DNA of 64,000 nt from an uncultured delta proteobacterium. Lineage in GTDB: Bacteria > Desulfobacterota > Binatia > Binatales > Binataceae. Numbering within the stretch: the first letter of the stretch is position 1; each line of letters begins with the position of its first letter. Made by a program: the position numbers and the translations under genes. The notes under the pieces are model-generated. The model searched no databases. It was not told the DNA's origin and worked only from the letters and a program-made list of their open reading frames with translations. Location: positions 1,376,001 through 1,440,000 of the forward strand of contig CAWJET010000002.1 in assembly GCA_963842085.1 (NCBI GenBank), in the 5' to 3' direction. Positions 28,941 to 38,694 of this stretch are shown one piece after another.

Positions 28941-29187
28941 GAAATGTGTGAACGCTGCCGGAATGTTGGCAAGCAACGCTGGTAGACTATCTTCTCCGGT
29001 TTCGCATGAACAAGATCGGCGCGTTTGTGCGCGAAAAATGTTACGAGGCCTCGAGACAAGCGAGGGTCCACACATTGCGCAAGTACATGGTCCAGGAAGC
29101 CGGTGCCGCGAGTACCTTTTTGAAATTTTTGGTAACGCGCTTTTTTCGGGTTGGGCGCGAGGCAACAGCGCGCCCGAAGGTATTCAA

Positions 29188-29642
29188 ATGACATCTCGAA
29201 CCGAGATGCAGACCAAGCGTGGCGGATTTCTGACAGCGATGGCCATCCTTCTGGGGTTGGCGGTGATCGTGGACGTGCTCAAGGCTTTCACGAAGCCGCC
29301 GCCACCCGGGCACAAATGATGGGGCTGAAAATGCCAACCACCGGTATCGTGGCTCTTGGCGTGCGTCACACCGGGTCGGGCGCGGCAATCCTGGCACTGC
29401 TGGGGGCTGCAGTTTTGTTTTTCTACGAAGTGGGGATCTGGCGCATCAAGCGCTACGCCATGACGGTTGCCTGGATCTACGCCGCGTACGTGATTCTCAA
29501 TGTCACGCTGTTCACGATCCGAAATCCTGCGCCGTCAACGCCGGGCGCGATGATTTTCGCAATCGTCTATTTGATCGGCGCGATCATGCTCACCGTCAGG
29601 ACCGCGATCGCGCTCACGCACCGTAGTGCGGACCTCAGCTAA
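29188..29642 (+). pseudogene. frameshifted multi-TM membrane protein
   Basis: MTSRTEMQTKRGGFLTAMAILL...PPPPG continues in another frame as AQMMGL...IWRIKRYAM...ADLS. Confidence 0.6.
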
Positions 29643-29687
29643 CTCTACTGTCAGGGCGGAGTAGTCAAATGACATTTTCGAACCGAG

Positions 29688-29940
29688 ATGAAAGAACAGA
29701 TTATAGCCGCGGGCATATTCGCCTATGGCTTCGTTCGCGGTACGCTGGTTGTGCCGGGCGATGTAGCGGCAACAGCGCCAACATCTTGGAGCACGTGTTT
29801 ATCGATTAGGCTTCGCGGCCGGAATCATCTTGCTTCCGTGCAATATACCTTTGGCGCTCATGTTCTATGAATTGTTCAGGTCAGTGAACAGCAGTCTCTC
29901 TCTGCTCGTGGCGTTCTTCATCCTCGTGGGGACCTGTGGC
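29688..29940 (+). pseudogene. DUF4386-like membrane protein fragment
   Basis: VRGTLVVPGDVAATA and LALMFYELFRSVNSSLSLLVAFF in different frames. Confidence 0.55.
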
Positions 29941-30305
29941 TTGTCAAAGCTTAGTCCATGCGGGGATCGCCTCCCATGGATGCCGGCCGACACCATCGCT
30001 GACAGACATGCATCGTAGGCAGCGGCGTCCTCGCTCACCCCGGTGAAGCACACGATAACTATTTCAGGATAACCACACGCGTAGTGGGTGGAAGGTCCGG
30101 TTTGCCGCGCGAGTGACAGCAGCCCAAGCGCCCCCCGAGCTTCGCCGCCGAAGGCGCGCGCGATTGCGCCGAAAAAATTTTTGAGAATTGGAAACCGTTG
30201 CCGCAGCTACGGCGCACGCGAGACGACGTCGCCCTAGTTGTCGAAAAGCGTGGTCGGGCGCGGTCGTGACCACGGGAGCACCGAGCGGCGCGCCATCGCT
30301 TCTTG

Positions 30306-30779
30306 TCAAGGCTGCGACTTTTTGTAGGCGTGCACGGTAAAGTCGGTGCCGCGAACTGCTCCGACCGAGTTGGGCGTGTGAACCTCGAACGTCGTGGTGC
30401 TGCCACGCATCGCGCCGTTGATCACCGAATGCAGCGTGCCTTCCACCAGCCCGACCTTGCTCGGTGCGCCGACTCCGTTCACGAGGACACTCTCATCTAT
30501 CGTCAGCGTCGTCGACGCGCTCAATTGCAGGAAACTATTATCGACCAGGCCGATCGTCAGCGACGCGTTCGGGTCCGTAACGATCTTATCGTGCAGCATG
30601 ACTGCCTCATTCACCATCGCCGGCGTCGTCGCGCCATTGCGCTGGATGCTCGCCACACCTTGAAGTTGCGTGATCGTGCCAACGGTGTTTTGCGCATTTT
30701 GCGCATGCGCCGCCAGGACCGCTGCCACAAGCGTCAGCATCACCAGTCCGAAGAGCGCAGCCATTCGCAAGAAACTCAT
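30306..30779 (-). CDS. secreted FecR-domain protein
   Basis: Signal peptide; VGTITQLQG...DKIVT...FEVHTPNSVGAVRGTDF. Confidence 0.85.
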   Translation of the reverse strand: MSFLRMAALFGLVMLTLVAAVLAAHAQNAQNTVGTITQLQGVASIQRNGATTPAMVNEAVMLHDKIVTDPNASLTIGLVDNSFLQLSASTTLTIDESVLVNGVGAPSKVGLVEGTLHSVINGAMRGSTTTFEVHTPNSVGAVRGTDFTVHAYKKSQP

Positions 30780-31712
30780 CCGAAATTTCCGCTTTCAAAA
30801 CGCTGAGTCCTACTAGCACCGACCCCGGGCGTTTAGCAAATGCGAAGTTCGAGATTCTGAGTCCAATGGGCCTTCCAGCGCGCCCCCAATGAGAACGAGT
30901 ATTCGCGGATCGGCCTAAAAGTGCCCGCTTAGCGGGGCGCTTGCGCTCACGGTAAGCTGTCCGCCTCGCCGAACCGCTTCCGTCCTGATGCGGTTCGCTC
31001 TTTGTGCCCGTTGGCGGCGGCACTTGAGGGGCAGTTACACCCCGCCAATGCCCGATGCGCCGGACCGCGTCGATCATCAGCTTGAGCGCGATGAGGGAGC
31101 GTCCTCGGGGCCAAGGTCCCGCTCAAGCTCGGTTGATTCCTTGATCTCGGCGACGAGACGTGGCGGCTAATCGCCCGCGTCGCGAAACAGCGACCGATTC
31201 CAAGTCGAGCCCAGCAATGGGACGACGTAGTTGCCGGGATTCGCCTGGATCTCGTCGGGCGCCGACGGATAGTTGTCGAGGAACTGTTGCAGCGCGGGAT
31301 GCAAAAGGAACGGAACACCGTCAAAAGACACGGTGTTAGGTATTCCTACTATTTGTAGAAACAAGTTGCCTGTTAACCCGGTGCGCGCCGTACAACTAGC
31401 CATCACATGCGGCATAGTGAACGGGTGCGCACGAGATGAACAGGCGTTACACCCTGGGAGAGCGTGAGGATGCGCCCAGCGAACTCAACCTGGAATCCAC
31501 TATCCGGGACTTGAGATCAGCTAGGCGGAATCCTCGCAATCTGGAAAGCTGAACCGCCTTCTGCTCAAATTTCGCAAACTCTGAGAGGGGGGCGGTCTCC
31601 AGCGGCCGCGTTCGGTGGAGCGACCGCGCGCTGCAAGAGCGCGAGCCAATGGATTTGCTGCAGGTGACCCGCCTCTCCTGAAGAACTCATCCCAACGAAT
31701 TCATTGCTGCAG

Positions 31713-31985
31713 CTATTGCTTCATCACGATCACGTTGCCGTCGTTATCCACCTTCAGGCAATCGACTTGCTGGCCCGAATAGAATGCCCCGCAAACCGAT
31801 TTATCCACGCTCGGGCATTTGTAGAGATTGGGGGCCGTCTGCTCGCATTGCGTTAGGTCGAAATGCAGCTTGGTCTGCAGTTTGTTCTCCTGGGCCTGCG
31901 ACGGCGAGAAAATGTAGCATCCCGACAGTGCGAGCGTTGCTGCCGAAATCATCAACGCCGCCATTCGTATCGACCGTCCGCTCAT
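31713..31985 (-). CDS. small Cys-rich lipoprotein
   Basis: GGGAGG RBS; lipobox LSGC; four further Cys. Confidence 0.65.
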   Translation of the reverse strand: MSGRSIRMAALMISAATLALSGCYIFSPSQAQENKLQTKLHFDLTQCEQTAPNLYKCPSVDKSVCGAFYSGQQVDCLKVDNDGNVIVMKQ

Positions 31986-32107
31986 AACTGTTCCCTCCCG
32001 CATCATCATGTGTGCACCACCCAGTCGAGGCAAGGATTTGTAACGATTCAACCCGCATCACAACCTGGCAATCGTGATTATCTTTATTTTTCAGGAGACT
32101 ATCGACA

Positions 32108-33151
32108 ATGCGTTCATCTCTGAAACTGGTTTCGGATGGCGCCGCACGCGACGGCGGCCGTCCGTTCTCTCATGATTCGATTGACGACCGCCTGTTCGAC
32201 GCGTATTCGCGCGCGGTGACGGGGGCGGCCGAGTCCGTCAGTCCGGCGGTGGTGAATATAGAGGTCGCGCATCCGACCGGACCGCGGAGCAATCCGCGGA
32301 ATCCGGACGCGTCGGCGGGCAGCGGGTCGGGGTTCTTAGTAGCGCCTGACGGCTACATCATCACCAACAGCCACGTCGTTCACGGCGCGTCACGAATCTC
32401 CGTCACACTTTCCGACGGGCGCAAGTCCGAGGCCCAACTAATCGGCGACGATCCCGACACCGACCTGGCCGTGATTCGAATCAGCGGTTCCAACCTGGCC
32501 GCCGTGCGGCTCGGCGATTCGCAGGCGATTCGCCTGGGTCAGCTCGCGATCGCGATTGGAAACCCGTACGGCTTCCAATGCACCGTTACCGCGGGCGTGG
32601 TCAGTGCGCTTGGACGATCGCTCCGCGCGGGCTCGGGCCGCCTGATCGACAACGTCATCCAGACCGACGCCGCGCTCAATCCCGGCAACTCAGGAGGACC
32701 GTTGGTCAACTCGCGCGGCGAGGTTATCGGCGTCAACACCGCGATCATCCTGCCCGCGCAGGGAATCTGCTTCGCGATCGCAATTAACAGCGCCAAGCTC
32801 GTCGCCGGTCATCTGATCAAGGACGGCAAAATAAGCCGCGGCTACATCGGCATCGCCGGCCATAACGTCGAGCTGCCGCGCCGCTTCGTGCGCTTCTATC
32901 GCCTGCCCGCGGAAACCGCCGTTCGCGTCGCGTCGGTTGAGGCGGGCAGTCCCGCCGCGCTCGGCGGCATCAGGCAAGGCGACCTCGTGGTCCGGCTCGG
33001 CGACTTGCCGATCGCCGGCATCGACGACCTTCAGCGTCATCTCACCATGAGCAAGGTCGGGATGCGCACGCCAGTCGCGGTGATTCGCGGCACCGAGCAG
33101 CTCACGCTCGAGCTCATCCCGGCCGAAGCCGCCCGCAAACCGCGCGCCTAA
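32108..33151 (+). CDS. HtrA/DegP-like trypsin serine protease with PDZ domain
   Basis: GSGSGF, TNSHVV, TDLAV, IQTDAALNPGNSGGPL. Confidence 0.95.
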   Translation: MRSSLKLVSDGAARDGGRPFSHDSIDDRLFDAYSRAVTGAAESVSPAVVNIEVAHPTGPRSNPRNPDASAGSGSGFLVAPDGYIITNSHVVHGASRISVTLSDGRKSEAQLIGDDPDTDLAVIRISGSNLAAVRLGDSQAIRLGQLAIAIGNPYGFQCTVTAGVVSALGRSLRAGSGRLIDNVIQTDAALNPGNSGGPLVNSRGEVIGVNTAIILPAQGICFAIAINSAKLVAGHLIKDGKISRGYIGIAGHNVELPRRFVRFYRLPAETAVRVASVEAGSPAALGGIRQGDLVVRLGDLPIAGIDDLQRHLTMSKVGMRTPVAVIRGTEQLTLELIPAEAARKPRA

Positions 33152-33155
33152 GTTC
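33007..33155 (+). repeat. direct repeat copy 1 (protease 3' end); copy 2 at 34331-34480
   Basis: About 150 bp nearly identical to 34331-34480. Confidence 0.95.
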
Positions 33156-33257
33156 TGTCGCTTGCTCGCACGATGGTTCCGGGCCAATGCGGCATGCTTG
33201 CGCGTCGGTCGGAGCGCGGGTTAGAAGGAAACCCTCTGCTACAAAAGAGGTTCTCCA

Positions 33258-34316
33258 ATGAGCACAAAACAGCGCTACGCGATTCCCGTGGATGCAACCG
33301 AATGGGCCGTGCCCGGCAGCTTCGATACTGTCTTCAAGTGGGAATACCAGGAGGGCAGCGACGCGCTGCGCAAGCTCTACGAGAAGGGCAAGAACCTACA
33401 GTGGAACACCACCACGCGCATCGACTGGTCGCAAGACCTCGATCCTGAAAATCCGCAGGAGCTTCCCGACGAGTCCATATCGATTTTCGGCTCCGACCTG
33501 TGGAACCGCCTCGCGCGCCAGGAGCGCGCCAACCTGCGCCGCCATATGCAAGCGTGGTCGGTTTCGCAATTTTTGCACGGCGAGCAGGGCGCGTTGATCT
33601 GCACCGCAAAAATCGTCCAGCAGGTGCCCAACGTCGACGCCAAGTTCTACGCCGCAACGCAAGTGATGGACGAAGCGCGTCACGTCGAGACCTATTCGCG
33701 CCTGCTTCACGAGAAGTTTGACCTTGCCTATCCGATAACCCCGCCGCTGAAACGTCTGCTCAACGACGTGCTCAGCGACTCGCGATGGGACATGACCTAC
33801 CTCGGGATGCAGGTGCTGATCGAGAGACTCGCGCTCGCCGCGTTTGCCGGTATCCGCGACACCGCGAAAAATTCGCTGGCGGCGGCCGTCAACGCATACG
33901 TGATGCAGGATGAAGCGCGGCACGTCGCCTTCGGACGCCTGGCGTTGCGTGACTACTATCCGCAACTCACCCAGCCCGAGCGCGACCAGCGCGAAGAATT
34001 CGCGGTCGAGGCTTCCTACCTGATGCGCGACCGCTTCCGCTCAGAGGAAGTGTGGGAAACGTTGGGGCTGCCAGTCGAGCGATGCGTCGAGTACGTCGAC
34101 TCATCGCCCGAGATGCGCGAATTCCAGTCGCGGCTCTTCTCGCGAATCGTCCCGACCATCAAGAACATCGGCCTATGGGGCCCAAAGATCCGCCGCGCTT
34201 ACTCGAACATGGGCGTGATGGCCTTCGCCGATCTCGACAGCGAGCAGCTAATGGAGAACGACGAGAAGGTAGCACAGGACTTCGACGAGCGGATGGGCCG
34301 CCGCGCCGACGCATAG
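33258..34316 (+). CDS. ferritin-like diiron protein (AurF-like N-oxygenase family)
   Basis: HGEQGA, DEARH twice, LIE. Confidence 0.88.
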   Translation: MSTKQRYAIPVDATEWAVPGSFDTVFKWEYQEGSDALRKLYEKGKNLQWNTTTRIDWSQDLDPENPQELPDESISIFGSDLWNRLARQERANLRRHMQAWSVSQFLHGEQGALICTAKIVQQVPNVDAKFYAATQVMDEARHVETYSRLLHEKFDLAYPITPPLKRLLNDVLSDSRWDMTYLGMQVLIERLALAAFAGIRDTAKNSLAAAVNAYVMQDEARHVAFGRLALRDYYPQLTQPERDQREEFAVEASYLMRDRFRSEEVWETLGLPVERCVEYVDSSPEMREFQSRLFSRIVPTIKNIGLWGPKIRRAYSNMGVMAFADLDSEQLMENDEKVAQDFDERMGRRADA

Positions 34317-34330
34317 GCATCTCAGCCGTC

Positions 34331-34480
34331 GCCGATCGCCGGCATCGACGACCTGCAGCGTCACCTCACGATGAGCAAGGTCGGGATGCGCACGCCAGTC
34401 GCGGTGATTCGCGGCACCGAGCAGCTCACGCTCGAGCTCATCCCGGCCCAAGCCGCCCCGCAAACCGCGCGACTAAGTTC
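34331..34480 (+). repeat. direct repeat copy 2 (duplicated protease 3' end)
   Basis: Matches 33007-33155 with a few substitutions and a 1-nt insertion. Confidence 0.95.
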
Positions 34481-34533
34481 CGGTTTTGAGCAACAACCCG
34501 TGGTTCTCGGGGGACCTCGGTGGTTGCTTTAGT

Positions 34534-35043
34534 CTAACCGTCAAGGTCGGACTCTTCGACCGGCGCCGGGAGCGGCGCATCACCGCCTAGGTGCAGCCGT
34601 CGGCGGGCGGAAAACATGCCGCCTCGCGCCGGCATCGCTGGTGCGAACTTCATGAACCCCAGCGGATAGGGCAGGTCATCGTATACTGCCTCCATGCCCC
34701 CGCGCATGAAGTAAGTCTCGTGCCAAAAGCCGGTGCCGCCCGAGTCGCGCAGGAAGTTCTTCCACCACTGCTGATGGGGCAGCGTGCGAGCCCATCGCTC
34801 GACCGATTCGAAGTCCCGCCAATACTGCCGCATCCCAGCGTGTGGCGGCAGCAGGGAAAAGAGGAGGTTCTCATGAAGTAGAAGACCGTCTGGCTTCAAA
34901 TCGACCGCTTTCCGGATCATCGGTCCCAATGCCAGCAGGGTTCGCAGGCCGCGCAATGAGTTCACGCGCATCCCCAGGTATATGACTACCAGGTCGGGAT
35001 AGCTGTCCAGCTCAACGGTCTGACGATTCACCAAGGTCTTCAT
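34534..35043 (-). CDS. DUF4188 / monooxygenase-like protein
   Basis: LVVIYLGMRVN, RQYWRDFESVERWAR..PHQQWW, GFWHETY. Confidence 0.85.
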   Translation of the reverse strand: MKTLVNRQTVELDSYPDLVVIYLGMRVNSLRGLRTLLALGPMIRKAVDLKPDGLLLHENLLFSLLPPHAGMRQYWRDFESVERWARTLPHQQWWKNFLRDSGGTGFWHETYFMRGGMEAVYDDLPYPLGFMKFAPAMPARGGMFSARRRLHLGGDAPLPAPVEESDLDG

Positions 35044-35176
35044 AGGACTGCCTTCGGCTTCCGGCGCGAGGCGCGCGCGAAGCGCGGTGACGCCGGGTGA
35101 GGTGCGACTCCCGCCGTCGCAACCACGTCAGCTCGATGCATCAATTCAGACACCGTCGCCCCATCGAGCACGGCGC

Positions 35177-36883
35177 TTATCCCATCGGCCCCTGGTACAC
35201 CTCGGCGAAGCGAAGGCCGAGCTCTCCGGGAATCGCGAGGTTGGCGTCGCGACTGGTCTTCAGGCAGATGACCGCCGGCCCGTCCGCCGACTTCGCGCCC
35301 TTCAACGCCGCTTCCAGGTCTTCAATTCGCTCGACGTAAAACGGTTTGCAGCCCAGGCCTTCGGCGACCTTGTCCCATCGCACCGTCCCCATCTCGGTGC
35401 CGAAAGTCTTTCCCCAGAGCCGCCGCTCGTTGGGCTCCTCCATCGTCCATGAACCTTCGGCGCACACGATGACCCTGACCTTCAGGCCCTCGCGCGCCGC
35501 CGTTTGCATCTCCATGAAGTTGAAGCCTGCGGCTCCGTCGCCGCTCACGCACACCACCTCGCGCGACGGGTTGCCAAGTTTCGCTCCGATGGCGGACGGG
35601 ATTCCGGTGCCGAGCATTCCCAGCTCGAGAATGTTCAGGTACGACCGCGGCTTGGTCGATGGCAAATACCAGAGCGACCACAGCGACGTATTGCCACCGT
35701 CGGCGACGTAGATACCGTCCGCGCCAAACACTTTGCCGATTGCCTGGATCGCGTGCGCCGGATGGATTCCCGGTCCGCGCCACGCCGCCACCGACGCGAA
35801 CCGCTCCTCGCGCCATTTATGAGCGGTGTCCCGATAGCGCGCCATATCCTCGCCGCCTTTGCGCTCGGCGCGCTTTGTCTTGAGCATGCGGAGCAATCCT
35901 TCGAGCGCGCTTTTCGCGTCGGCAACGATCCCAAGCGCGATTGGCCGCGTGACGCCCATGTTGCGCTGATCGATATCCACCTGGATGATCTTCTGCCCGG
36001 CGGGATCGCCCCAGTACTTGTCGTACGGGATGTCGAGGTTGCCCATCCGCGAGCCTGCCACCAGGATCACGTCGGCCTCGCGGCGCGCGAGGTCGGCGCC
36101 GGCGCCGTAGCCGTATAGAAAGTTCGGATGGTCGAGCGGCACCGACGACCGCCCTGCGATCGTGCCCACGACCGGACAGTTGAGCAGGTCGACTATCGCC
36201 AGTAGCGCTTCGTTCGCGCCCGCCCGATCGACTCCTGCGCCCGAGATCACGAGCGGCCGCCGGGCCCCGGCGATCATGACCGCCGCCTCCTCGAGCTGCG
36301 CTTCCGAGGGCCGCGGACCCGCCGCCCGGTATTCATTCGGCGTCAGCACCCGGACCTTGGTGTCGTCACCGGTCGCGTACATCACGGGCGCCGGTATCTC
36401 GATCTGAACCGGCCCCGGCCTCCCCGTCCACATCTCGCGAAACGCTATCCGCATCACTTCGGGGATTCGCTCCCACGACAAAATCGGACCGCTCCACTTG
36501 ACCACCGGCTTGAAGATTTCGAGTTGATCCTGGCCCTGGAAGGTCGACGGCGGCGACGGATAGACGATCGCCATGCGATGCTGCGCCGTAATTACGACGA
36601 CGGGCACGCCCTCGTGCCGCGCCGTAATCACGCCGGGCAGAAGATTCGCCGTCCCCGGCCCGGGATTGCCAAGCACCGCCGCCACCTGCCCGGTCGTCTT
36701 GTACAAGCCCTCCGCCATATGCACGGCGGCAGCCTCGTGACGAACGGGGACGAATCGCACTTCGTACTGCTCGAGCTTGGCCAGCAGCGGGTCGACCTCC
36801 GGACAAGGAATTCCAAACACGAACCGCACTCCCTCGCCAACGAGACATCGAAGAAGAAGCTCGGCTCCGGTAATTTCGCTCAT
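35177..36883 (-). CDS. thiamine pyrophosphate-binding enzyme (ALS/BAL-like)
   Basis: VRHEAAA, GPGTAN, GRPGPVQIEIP, GDGAAGF motifs. Confidence 0.93.
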   Translation of the reverse strand: MSEITGAELLLRCLVGEGVRFVFGIPCPEVDPLLAKLEQYEVRFVPVRHEAAAVHMAEGLYKTTGQVAAVLGNPGPGTANLLPGVITARHEGVPVVVITAQHRMAIVYPSPPSTFQGQDQLEIFKPVVKWSGPILSWERIPEVMRIAFREMWTGRPGPVQIEIPAPVMYATGDDTKVRVLTPNEYRAAGPRPSEAQLEEAAVMIAGARRPLVISGAGVDRAGANEALLAIVDLLNCPVVGTIAGRSSVPLDHPNFLYGYGAGADLARREADVILVAGSRMGNLDIPYDKYWGDPAGQKIIQVDIDQRNMGVTRPIALGIVADAKSALEGLLRMLKTKRAERKGGEDMARYRDTAHKWREERFASVAAWRGPGIHPAHAIQAIGKVFGADGIYVADGGNTSLWSLWYLPSTKPRSYLNILELGMLGTGIPSAIGAKLGNPSREVVCVSGDGAAGFNFMEMQTAAREGLKVRVIVCAEGSWTMEEPNERRLWGKTFGTEMGTVRWDKVAEGLGCKPFYVERIEDLEAALKGAKSADGPAVICLKTSRDANLAIPGELGLRFAEVYQGPMG

Positions 36884-37108
36884 AAAATCCTCCGTTCGGG
36901 CAGGGTCGGTCGGCGATGAAACGATCGAAGCGCAGAGGCAGCGACCCTCTATCCTCTAAAGCGGACACTACGCTCGCAGCCAAACCGAGAGCAACCCGAA
37001 CGGCAGCGGCGATCTCGACTGACCCTCACCGCGTAGGCGATTCTGGTCTGCCCAAGGAGGCGTGAAACCCACGGCGGGTTTAACTGCAACTAAGTTCCTT
37101 TCTCTTCC

Positions 37109-37387
37109 TCAGCGCTGCGGGCCCTTCTTGCGCATTTCTTCGTCGCGGTAGCGCTTGTAGAGGATGGTCCATTCGTTGGAACCCTCGACGATGCCGCGCT
37201 TGATCGAACCGATCTTGCGCCTCACGATCGCGTCGAGCTCGTCGCCCTGCTCGTTGAATTGCGTGACGATTTCGCGCGCCTGGCGCAGCGCGAGCGGAAA
37301 GTTCGCGATCTCGGCCAGGCCCTCGTCGCGCAACTTCGCCAGCGACTCGCGCGCCAAAAAGAGAACTCGTGCTTCGCTAAGTTTCAT
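37109..37387 (-). CDS. DUF507 family protein
   Basis: MKLSEARV...VRRKIGSIKRGIVEGSNEWTILYKRYRDEE. Confidence 0.75.
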   Translation of the reverse strand: MKLSEARVLFLARESLAKLRDEGLAEIANFPLALRQAREIVTQFNEQGDELDAIVRRKIGSIKRGIVEGSNEWTILYKRYRDEEMRKKGPQR

Positions 37388-37393
37388 CTGCGA

Positions 37394-37669
37394 TCAGAGA
37401 GTGAAATTCTTCTTCTCAGCCAGGCGCTGGCGAATCAAATTGCGCAGCCGTGTGACGTCCAGGCGCGGATCGCGGCGCGCCTCCGCCTCCGCCATCTTGT
37501 CGGCCTCTTCATCGATCTGCGCTTCGGTCTCGAAATTCGCCGACATCAGTTCGACCACGCACGCGACCAGTTCCTTCACGTCGGCCTTGGGTTTGATCAA
37601 GCTGCGATCGATCAGCCCATTGACGAGATGGTTCGCCAGCGCATCGATCTGGGCTTCGCGCATTGCCAT
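37394..37669 (-). CDS. DUF507 family protein
   Basis: EAQIDEEA...IRQRLAEKKNFTL; tandem with its paralogue. Confidence 0.75.
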   Translation of the reverse strand: MAMREAQIDALANHLVNGLIDRSLIKPKADVKELVACVVELMSANFETEAQIDEEADKMAEAEARRDPRLDVTRLRNLIRQRLAEKKNFTL

Positions 37670-37734
37670 ACGATCTCAGATTGACCGGATCGCGCAGGTC
37701 TTGTCAAAAGCAGGCGCGCCGCGTGTCCTGCATC

Positions 37735-38529
37735 TCAGTGCGGCGGCTTTTTGGCGTTCTCTTTTTCCTGCTCCTCTTTGTAGACCTCGTCCATCTTCGG
37801 CTCGAGCGCCTCGTAGAATTCCTTGATATGCGCGACGTTGGCGCCGAGGTCTCCCGGGAAGTAACGCAGTAGCGACGTCGCGCCGGGGCGCGCCAGGCCC
37901 GAGCGCGAGCACACCTCAATGTCGCCGGACGGGTCAACCGTGATCCTCACGTCGTCCTCGAATTTGAAGACGCGTGACGTGTAGAGGCAATCGATCGTGA
38001 AGTCGCCCGGATCGGCTTTGACGATTTTCCATCCACCAAGCGAGTTAATCGTATCCTGCGAGAGTTGGAACAGCTTCTGGCGCGGGATTCCCGGATAGGA
38101 GCGGCGAATCAATTCAGGATAGATGTCTTCGAGCGGCGCCGGCGACGCGTTCGCCACCTCATTGCGAGTCGTGCGGGGTTCGGGGGCGGCTTCTTTTTTA
38201 GCGGCGTGCTTGTGCGCGGTCGCAGCGGGAGTCGGCGCCGCCTCGGGATGATTGCTCATATCGCAGGTCACCGAGCCGGAACCGGTCGAGCTGGCGGCCG
38301 CGGAGTTCATCGTGACGAACCGGGTCACGCGCTGCACGACGCCGGGTTTTTCGAAAATCGTTTCGTCGTTCAGCAGCATCGTGATTCCGGCGGCGGCGAC
38401 CGCCACCGCTGCGAGAAAAATCGCAAGCCGGATGATCAGCCCGAGTAACCGACGCAGAAATGGAACGAAGAACAGGATCGCGAGCACAGCAAGGACGATG
38501 ATGAGTTCGGGCGGCGTGATCATGATCAA
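37735..38529 (-). CDS. DUF1499-domain membrane protein
   Basis: Two N-terminal TMs; TSRVFKFEDDV, SRSG...GDLGANVAHI. Confidence 0.75.
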   Translation of the reverse strand: MIMITPPELIIVLAVLAILFFVPFLRRLLGLIIRLAIFLAAVAVAAAGITMLLNDETIFEKPGVVQRVTRFVTMNSAAASSTGSGSVTCDMSNHPEAAPTPAATAHKHAAKKEAAPEPRTTRNEVANASPAPLEDIYPELIRRSYPGIPRQKLFQLSQDTINSLGGWKIVKADPGDFTIDCLYTSRVFKFEDDVRITVDPSGDIEVCSRSGLARPGATSLLRYFPGDLGANVAHIKEFYEALEPKMDEVYKEEQEKENAKKPPH

Positions 38530-38694
38530 TTCCCCGGGGGAATCCCTAGCGGTTTGTGTGGCGTTGGCGCAAGCCGGGCATGCAGAAAGTCCATGGCGAT
38601 GCGGCTATTTGCACTTAAAAGGCGCACCGGCGCGATCCTGATTCGGATCGCGCCGGTATTCTGCGAGCCTTGTAAAATTGTCGATTTTCGTTGC

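Noticed and set aside
36890-37105. TPP riboswitch upstream of the TPP enzyme
   Set aside because: The only weak matches (CCGAGA, GCGTAGG) are on the wrong strand, and the CTGAGA/ACCTGA core is absent.
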